The position numbers and the translations under genes are program-made. Positions 54,993 through 64,000 of a stretch of DNA of 64,000 bases are shown here, piece after piece. The notes below the pieces were generated by a model. The model searched no databases. It was given only the letters and a program-made list of their open reading frames with translations, and was not told the DNA's origin. The stretch is from Eledone cirrhosa (Eukaryota). Within the stretch, counting starts at the first letter, position 1. Every line of letters begins with the position of its first letter. The stretch is taken from the NCBI GenBank assembly GCA_964016885.1, contig OZ024747.1:75516001-75580000 (forward strand), written 5' to 3'.

Positions 54993-55354
54993 GCAGTATC
55001 ATTAGAGGGTTGGACGCCATGCTTTCTAGCATAGTTACGTCCCTTTACGGTTTGAGTTCAAATCCCGTCGAGGTTAACTTTGCCTTTCATCCTTACGGGG
55101 GTCGATAAAATAAAGTACCAGTAATGTACTGGGTAATTGCTGGCCTTGTGCCAAAAGTAGAAACAATTATTTCAATGCAGTATCGTAGAGAGTCGGACAC
55201 CATGCTTTGCAGCATCGCGTTACGGCCTTTTATGGTCTGAGTTCAAATCTCGTCGAGGTTAACTTTGCCTTTCATCCTTACGGGGTCGATAAAATAAAAT
55301 ACCAGTAATGCACTGAGTAATTGCTGGCCTTGTGCCAAAAGTAGAAACAATTAT
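54993..55354 (+). mobile_element. Tandem pair of SINEs
   Basis: Copies at about 54993-55171 and 55178-55354. ATTATTTCAATG occurs before, between and after them. Confidence 0.9.
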
Positions 55355-55861
55355 TTCAATGAAACCATTGGATTATTTATTCACTTATTCAATGTAGAAG
55401 TAAAGAATGACTGGACCATCTTTGGTTTCGACGATGATTGTCACAGTTGTTTCACCAATAGAACAACAGCCTGCTCTTGAAAGGAATTAACAGGTAAATA
55501 TTTAAACATTCCACAGACATGTGTATGTACTCTTAACGGAATTAAATGTAGAGTGACATAGTGTGTGATACGGTGGGTCATTTGAATTAAAGGTACAGTT
55601 GCAGGGTATTCAAACAGTTTCGGTTTACCCACTTTCACTCTCATAACACGAGTCACCCCGAGGTTATGTGAAGTAACACGTCATGATGACACACTGAGAC
55701 ATCGAACCTGGATACTAAGGATTGATTGTGACGAGAACTCCTTAACCATCCGGCCATACTGCGTCTACATTACAGTAGAGAGAAATAGTAAGGTGTGAAG
55801 AAAAAAGGGATACTCTGTATCAGATACTCGAAAACAAGTTTATTATCGGTAAATACAGGTT

Positions 55862-58800
55862 ACGGACAGATCATGAACAAGTCAAGAACAGGCAATGAAT
55901 AGGTGAAAACATGTCGTGAACAGCCCCAGAACAGGTTATGAATAGCTCCAGAACAGTTCATGAACACCCCCAGAACAGGTCGTGAACAGCCCCAGAACAG
56001 GTCGTGAGCAGCTCCAGAACAGATCGTGAACAGCCCCAGAACAGGTCGTGAACAGCCCCAGAACAGGTTATGAATAGCTCCAGAACAGATCGTGAACAGC
56101 CCCAGAACAGGTCGTGAATACCTCCAGAACAGGTCGTGAACAGCCCAAGAACAGATCGTGAACAGCCCAAGAACAGATCGTGAACAGCCCCAGAACAGGT
56201 CGTGAACAGCCCCAGAACAGGTCGTGAACAGCCCCAGAACAGGTCGTGAACAGCCCCAGAACAGGTCGTGAACACCTCCAGAACAGGTCGTGAACAGCCC
56301 CAGAACAGGTCGTGAACACCTCCAGAACAGGTCGTGAACAGCCCCAGAACAGGTCGTGAACACCTCCAGAACAGGTCGTGAACAGCCCCAGAACAGGTCG
56401 TGAACAGCCCCAGAACAGGTCGTGAACACCTCCAGAACAGGTCGTGAACAGCCCCAGAACAGGTCGTGAACACCTCCAGAACAGGTCGTGAACACCTCCA
56501 GAACAGGTCGTGAACACCTCCAGAACAGGTCGTGAACAGCCCCAGAACAGGTCGTGAACAGTTCCAGAACAGGCCGCGAACACCTCCAGAACAGGTCGTG
56601 AACAGCCCCAGAACAGGTCGTGAACACCTCCAGAACAGGTCGTGAACAGCTCCAGAACAGGCAATGAACAGCCCCAAAACAGGTCGTGAACAGCCCCAGA
56701 ACAGGTCGTGAACACCTCCAGAACAGGTCGTGAACAGCCCCAGAACAGGTCGTGAACACCTCCAGAACAGGTCGTGAACACCTCCAGAACAGGTCGTGAA
56801 CACCTCCAGAACAGGTCGTGAACACCTCCAGAACAGGTCGTGAACACCTCCAGAACAGGTCGTGAACAGTTCCAGAACAGGCCGCGAACACCTCCAGAAC
56901 AGGTCGTGAACAGCCCCAGAACAGGTCGTGAACACCTCCAGAACAGGTCGTGAACAGCTCCAGAACAGGTCGTGAACACCTCCAGAACAGGTCGTGAACA
57001 GCTCCAGAACAGGCCGTGAACAGCTCCAGAACAGGTCGTGAACACCTCCAGAACAGGTCGTGAACAGCTCCAGAACAGGTCGTGAACACCTCCAGAACAG
57101 GTCGTGAACACCTCCAGAACAGGTCGTGAACACCTCCAGAACAGGTCGTGAACAGCTCCAGAACAGGTCGTGAACACCTCCAGAACAGGTCGTGAACAGT
57201 TCCAGAACAGGCCGCGAACACCTCCAGAACAGGTCGTGAACAGCCCCAGAACAGGTCGTGAACACCTCCAGAACAGGTCGTGAACACCTCCAGAACAGGT
57301 CGTGAACAGCCCCAGAACAGGTCGTGAACACCTCCAGAACAGGTCGTGAACAGTTCCAGAACAGGCCGCGAACACCTCCAGAACAGGTCGCGAACAGCCC
57401 CAGAACAGGTCGTGAACACCTCCAGAACAGGTCGTGAACAGCCCCAGAACAGGTCGTGAACACCTCCAGAACAGGTCGTGAACAGTTCCAGAACAGGCCG
57501 CGAACACCTCCAGAACAGGTCGTGAACAGCCCCAAAACAGGTCGTGAACAGCCCCAGAACAGGTCGTGAACACCTCCAGAACAGGTCGTGAACAGCCCCA
57601 GAACAGGTCGTGAACACCTCCAGAACAGGTCGTGAACAGCTCCAGAACAGGTCGTGAACAGCCCCAGAACAGGTCGTGAACATCTCCAGAACAGGTCGTG
57701 AACAGCCCCAGAACAGGTCTGAACACCTCCAGAACAGGTCGTGAACAGCTCCAGAACAGATCGTGAACAGCCCCAGAACAGGTCGTGAACAGTTCCAGAA
57801 CAGGTCTGAACACCTCCAGAACAGGTCGTGAACAGCCCCAGAACAGGTCGTGAACAGCTCCAGAACAGGTCGTGAACAGCCCCAGAACAGGTCGTGAACA
57901 GTTCCAGAACAGGTCTGAACACCTCCAGAACAGGTCGTGAACAGCCCCAGAACAGGTCGTGAACAGTTCCAGAACAGGCCGCGAACACCTCCAGAACAGG
58001 TCGTGAACAGCCCCAGAACAGGTCTGAACACCTCCAGAACAGGTCGTGAACAGCTCCAGAACAGGTCGTGAACAGCCCCAGAACAGGTCGTGAACAGCCC
58101 CAGAACAGGTCTGAACACCTCCAGAACAGGTCGTGAACACCTCCAGAACAGGTCGTGAACAGCTCCAGAACAGGTCGTGAACACCTCCAGAACAGGTCGT
58201 GAACAGCTCCAGAACAGGTCGTGAACAGCTCCAGAACAGGTCGTGAACACCTCCAGAACAGGTCGTGAACACCTCCAGAACAGGTCGTGAACAGTTCCAG
58301 AACAGGTCTGAACACCTCCAGAACAGGTCGTGAACAGCTCCAGAACAGGTCGTGAACAGCCCCAGAACAGGTCGTGAACAGTTCCAGAACAGGTCTGAAC
58401 ACCTCCAGAACAGGTCGTGAACAGCTCCAGAACAGGTCGTGAACAGCTCCAGAACAGGTCGTGAACACCTCCAGAACAGGTCGTGAACAGCTCCAGAACA
58501 GGTCGTGAACAGTTCCAGAACAGGTCTGAACACCTCCAGAACAGGTCGTGAACAGCTCCAGAACAGGTCGTGAACACCTCCAGAACAGGTCGTGAACACC
58601 TCCAGAACAGGTCGTGAACAGCTCCAGAACAGGTCGTGAACACCTCCAGAACAGGTCGTGAACACCTCCAGAACAGGTCGTGAACAGCTCCAGAACAGGT
58701 CGTGAACAGCTCCAGAACAGGTCGTGAACACCTCCAGAACAGGTCGTGAACAGCTCCAGAACAGGTCGTGAACACCTCCAGAACAGGTCGTGAACACCTC

Positions 58801-61800
58801 CAGAACAGGTCGTGAACAGCTCCAGAACAGGCCGCGAACACCTCCAGAACAGGTCGTGAACAGCTCCAGAACAGGTCGTGAACAGCTCCAGAACAGGTCG
58901 TGAACACCTCCAGAACAGGTCGTGAACAGCTCCAGAACAGGTCGTGAACAGTTCCAGAACAGGTCTGAACACCTCCAGAACAGGTCGTGAACAGCCCCAG
59001 AACAGGTCGTGAACAGTTCCAGAACAGGTCTGAACACCTCCAGAACAGGTCGTGAACAGCTCCAGAACAGGTCGTGAACAGCTCCAGAACAGGTCGTGAA
59101 CAGCTCCAGAACAGGCCGCGAACACCTCCAGAACAGGTCGTGAAAAGCTCCAGAACAGGTCGTGAACACCTCCAGAACAGGTCGTGAACACCTCCAGAAC
59201 AGGTCGTGAACAGCTCCAGAACAGGCCGCGAACACCTCCAGAACAGGTCGTGAACAGCTCCAGAACAGGTCGTGAACAGCTCCAGAACAGGTCGTGAACA
59301 CCTCCAGAACAGGTCGTGAACAGTTCCAGAACAGGTCTGAACACCTCCAGAACAGGTCGTGAACAGCTCCAGAACAGGTCGTGAACAGCTCCAGAACAGG
59401 TCGTGAACAGTTCCAGAACAGGTCTGAACACCTCCAGAACAGGTCGTGAACAGTTCCAGAACAGGTCGTGAACACCTCCAGAACAGGTCGTGAACAGTTC
59501 CAGAACAGGTCTGAACACCTCCAGAACAGGTCGTGAACACCTCCAGAACAGGTCGTGAACACCTCCAGAACAGGTCGTGAACAGTTCCAGAACAGGTCTG
59601 AACACCTCCAGAACAGGTCGTGAACAGCCCCAGAACAGGTCGTGAACAGTTCCAGAACAGGTCTGAACACCTCCAGAACAGGTCGTGAACAGCTCCAGAA
59701 CAGGCCGCGAACACCTCCAGAACAGGTCGTGAACAGCTCCAGAACAGGTCGTGAACACCTCCAGAACAGGTCGTGAACAGTTCCAGAACAGGTCTGAACA
59801 CCTCCAGAACAGGTCGTGAACAGCTCCAGAACAGGTCGTGAACACCTCCAGAACAGGTCGTGAACAGCCCCAGAACAGGTCGTGAACAGTTCCAGAACAG
59901 ATCTTGAACAGCTCAAGAACAGGTCGTGAACACCTCCAGAACAGGCCGCGAACACCTCCAGAACAGGTCGTGAACAGCTCCAGAACAGGTCGTGAACACC
60001 TCCAGAACAGGCCGCGAACACCTCCAGAACAGGTCGTGAACAGCTCCAGAACAGGTCGTGAACAGTTCCAGAACAGGTCTGAACACCTCCAGAACAGGTC
60101 GTGAACAGCTCCAGAACAGGTCGTGAACACCTCCAGAACAGGCCGCGAACACCTCCAGAACAGGTCTGAACACCTCCAGAACAGGTCGTGAACAGCTCCA
60201 GAACAGGTCGTGAACACCTCCAGAACAGGTCGTGAACAGTTCCAGAACAGGTCTGAACACCTCCAGAACAGGTCGTGAACACCTCCAGAACAGGTCGTGA
60301 ACACCTCCAGAACAGGTCGTGAACAGCTCCAGAACAGGTCGTGAACAGCTCCAGAACAGGTCGTGAACAGTTCCAGAACAGGTCTGAACACCTCCAGAAC
60401 AGGTCGTGAACAGCCCCAGAACAGGTCGTGAACAGTTCCAGAACAGGTCTGAACACCTCCAGAACAGGTCGTGAACAGCTCCAGAACAGGTCGTGAACAG
60501 CCCCAGAACAGGTCGTGAACAGTTCCAGAACAGGTCTGAACACCTCCAGAACAGGTCGTGAACAGCCCCAGAACAGGTCGTGAACAGTTCCAGAACAGGT
60601 CTGAACACCTCCAGAACAGGTCGTGAACAGCTCCAGAACAGGTCGTGAACAGCCCCAGAACAGGTCTGAACACCTCCAGAACAGGTCGTGAACAGCTCCA
60701 GAACAGGCCGCGAACACCTCCAGAACAGGTCGTGAACAGCTCCAGAACAGGTCGTGAACACCTCCAGAACAGGTCGTGAACAGCTCCAGAACAGGCCGCG
60801 AACACCTCCAGAACAGGTCGTGAACAGCCCCAGAACAGGCCGTGAACACCTCCAGAACAGGTCGTGAACAGCTCCAGAACAGGCCGCGAACACCTCCAGA
60901 ACAGGTCGTGAACAGCTCCAGAACAGGTCGTGAACAGCTCCAGAACAGGCCGCGAACACCTCCAGAACAGGTCGTGAACAGCTCCAGAACAGGCCGTGAA
61001 CACCTTCAGAACAGGTCGTGAGCACCTCCAGAACAGGTCGTGAACAGCTCCAGAACAGGCCGCGAACACCTCCAGAACAGGTCGTGAACAGCTCCAGAAC
61101 AGGTCGTGAACAGTTCCAGAACAGGTCTGAACACCTCCAGAACAGGTCGTGAACAGCCCCAGAACAGGTCGTGAACAGCCCCAGAACAGGTCGTGAACAG
61201 TTCCAGAACAGGTCTGAACACCTCCAGAACAGGTCGTGAACAGCTCCAGAACAGGTCGTGAACACCTCCAGAACAGGTCATGAACAGCCCCAGAACAGGT
61301 CGTGAACACCTCCAGAACAGGTCGTGAACAGCCCCAGAACAGGTCGTGAACAGCCCCAGAACAGGTCGTGAACAGCCCCAGAACAGGTCTGAACACCTCC
61401 AGAACAGGTCGTGAACAGCCCCAGAACAGGTCGTGAACAGCCCCAGAACAGGTCGTGAACAGCCCCAGAACAGGTCTGAACACCTCCAGAACAGGTCGTG
61501 AACAGCCCCAGAACAGGTCGTGAACAGCCCCAGAACAGGTCGTGAACAGCCCCAGAACAGGTCTGAACACCTCCAGAACAGGTCGTGAACAGCCCCAGAA
61601 CAGGTCGTGAACAGCCCCAGAACAGGTCTGAACACCTCCAGAACAGGTCGTGAACAGCCCCAGAACAGGTCGTGAACAGCCCCAGAACAGGTCGTGAACA
61701 GCCCCAGAACAGGTCTGAACACCTCCAGAACAGGTCGTGAACAGCCCCAGAACAGGTCTGAACACCTCCAGAACAGGTCGTGAACAGCCCCAGAACAGGT

Positions 61801-64000
61801 CTGAACACCTCCAGAACAGGTCGTGAACAGCCCCAGAACAGGTCGTGAACAGTTCCAGAACAGGTCTGAACACCTCCAGAACAGGTCGTGAACAGCCCCA
61901 GAACAGGTCGTGAACAGCCCCAGAACAGGTCTGAACACCTCCAGAACAGGTCGTGAACAGCCCCAGAACAGGTCTGAACACCTCCAGAACAGGTCGTGAA
62001 CAGCCCCAGAACAGGTCTGAACACCTCCAGAACAGGTCGTGAACAGCCCCAGAACAGGTCGTGAACAGCCCCAGAACAGGTCGTGAACAGCCCCAGAACA
62101 GGTCTGAACACCTCCAGAACAGGTCGTGAACAGCCCCAGAACAGGTCTGAACACCTCCAGAACAGGTCGTGAACAGCCCCAGAACAGGTCGTGAATAGTT
62201 CCAGAACAGGTCTGAACACCTCCAGAACAGGTCGCGAACAGCCCCAGAACAGGTCGTGAACAGCCCCAGAACAGGTCTGAACACCTCCAGAACAGGTCGT
62301 GAACAGCCCCAGAACAGGTCTGAACACCTCCAGAACAGGTCGTGAACAGCCCCAGAACAGGTCGTGAACAGCCCCAGAACAGGTCTGAACACCTCCAGAA
62401 CAGGTCGTGAACACCTCCAGAACAGGTCGTGAACAGCCCCAGAACAGGTCGTGAACAGCCCCAGAACAGGTCTGAACACCTCCAGAACAGGTCGTGAACA
62501 GCCCCAGAACAGGTCTGAACACCTCCAGAACAGGTCGTGAACAGCCCCAGAACAGGTCGTGAACAGCCCCAGAACAGGTCTGAACACCTCCAGAACAGGT
62601 CGTGAACAGCCCCAGAACAGGTCGTGAACAGCCCCAGAACAGGTCGTGAACAGCCCCAGAACAGGTCTGAACACCTCCAGAACAGGTCGTGAACAGCCCC
62701 AGAACAGGTCTGAACACCTCCAGAACAGGTCGTGAACAGCCCCAGAACAGGTCTGAACACCTCCAGAACAGGTCGTGAACAGCCCCAGAACAGGTCGTGA
62801 ACAGTTCCAGAACAGGTCTGAACACCTCCAGAACAGGTCGTGAACAGCCCCAGAACAGGTCGTGAACAGCCCCAGAACAGGTCTGAACACCTCCAGAACA
62901 GGTCGTGAACAGCCCCAGAACAGGTCTGAACACCTCCAGAACAGGTCGTGAACAGCCCCAGAACAGGTCGTGAACAGCCCCAGAACAGGTCGTGAACAGC
63001 CCCAGAACAGGTCTGAACACCTCCAGAACAGGTCGTGAACAGCCCCAGAACAGGTCTGAACACCTCCAGAACAGGTCGTGAACAGCCCCAGAACAGGTCG
63101 TGAACAGTTCCAGAACAGGTCTGAACACCTCCAGAACAGGTCGTGAACAGCCCCAGAACAGGTCGTGAACAGCCCCAGAACAGGTCTGAACACCTCCAGA
63201 ACAGGTCGTGAACAGCCCCAGAACAGGTCTGAACACCTCCAGAACAGGTCGTGAACAGCCCCAGAACAGGTCGTGAACAGCCCCAGAACAGGTCTGAACA
63301 CCTCCAGAACAGGTCGTGAACAGCCCCAGAACAGGTCGTGAACAGCCCCAGAACAGGTCTGAACACCTCCAGAACAGGTCGTGAACACCTCCAGAACAGG
63401 TCGTGAACAGCCCCAGAACAGGTCGTGAACAGCCCCAGAACAGGTCTGAACACCTCCAGAACAGGTCGTGAACAGCCCCAGAACAGGTCTGAACACCTCC
63501 AGAACAGGTCGTGAACAGCCCCAGAACAGGTCGTGAACAGCCCCAGAACAGGTCTGAACACCTCCAGAACAGGTCGTGAACAGCCCCAGAACAGGTCGTG
63601 AACAGCCCCAGAACAGGTCTGAACACCTCCAGAACAGGTCGTGAACACCTCCAGAACAGGTCGTGAACAGCCCCAGAACAGGTCGTGAACAGCCCCAGAA
63701 CAGGTCTGAACACCTCCAGAACAGGTCGTGAACAGCCCCAGAACAGGTCTGAACACCTCCAGAACAGGTCGTGAACACCTCCAGAACAGGTCGTGAACAG
63801 CCCCAGAACAGGTCTGAACACCTCCAGAACAGGTCGTGAACAGCCCCAGAACAGGTCGTGAACAGCCCCAGAACAGGTCTGAACACCTCCAGAACAGGTC
63901 GTGAACAGCTCCAGAACAGGTCATGAACACCTCCAGAACAGGTCGTGAACAGCCCCAGAACAGGTCGTGAACAGCCCCAGAACAGGTCTGAACACCTCCA
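55862..64000. repeat. Large 22/21-bp minisatellite CAGAACAGGTCGTGAACA(GCCC/CCTC/GCTC/GTTC), running off the window
   Basis: More than 8.1 kb, roughly 370 units by length. The 21-bp variant is CAGAACAGGTCTGAACACCTC. The left edge is degenerate. Confidence 0.98.

Noticed and set aside
55860-63930. Very long minus-strand ORFs (up to 2642 aa)
   Set aside because: The unit's reverse complement has no stop in any frame, so all three frames are open. A 22/21-bp period cycles the frame, and there are no unique domains.
55862-64000. CRISPR-like array
   Set aside because: No unique spacers and no cas genes; eukaryotic context.

Overview
AT-rich, microsatellite-saturated animal DNA. The SINE families and repeat landscape suggest an octopus or other cephalopod genome (inference). 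No intact host protein-coding gene is supportable, and almost all long ORFs in the track are artefacts of simple repeats or of the 22-bp satellite. The window holds two young 5'-truncated Penelope-like (PLE) GIY-YIG retroelement copies, an older PLE RT remnant, and a full-length but defective Tc1/mariner (maT-like) transposon. It also holds R4/Dong-like, RTE-like and CR1-like LINE fragments, more than 20 tRNA-derived SINE copies, mariner MITEs and a >8-kb 22/21-bp minisatellite. The main unexplained signal is that many (TA)n arrays carry short non-coding inserts from several unrelated families. I can hand-fold nine type-I hammerhead ribozymes with intact CUGANGA/GAAA/UH cores in or next to these arrays (seven in non-coding inserts, two minimal ones in the PLE 3' repeats), plus several decayed or half ribozymes. 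Many inserts share one architecture: (TA)n - inverted arm - direct arm - unpaired tail - (TA)n. This points to a dense, multi-family system of ribozyme-bearing PLE-end/retrozyme-like elements that target TA microsatellites. All folds are by eye, and activity is untested.
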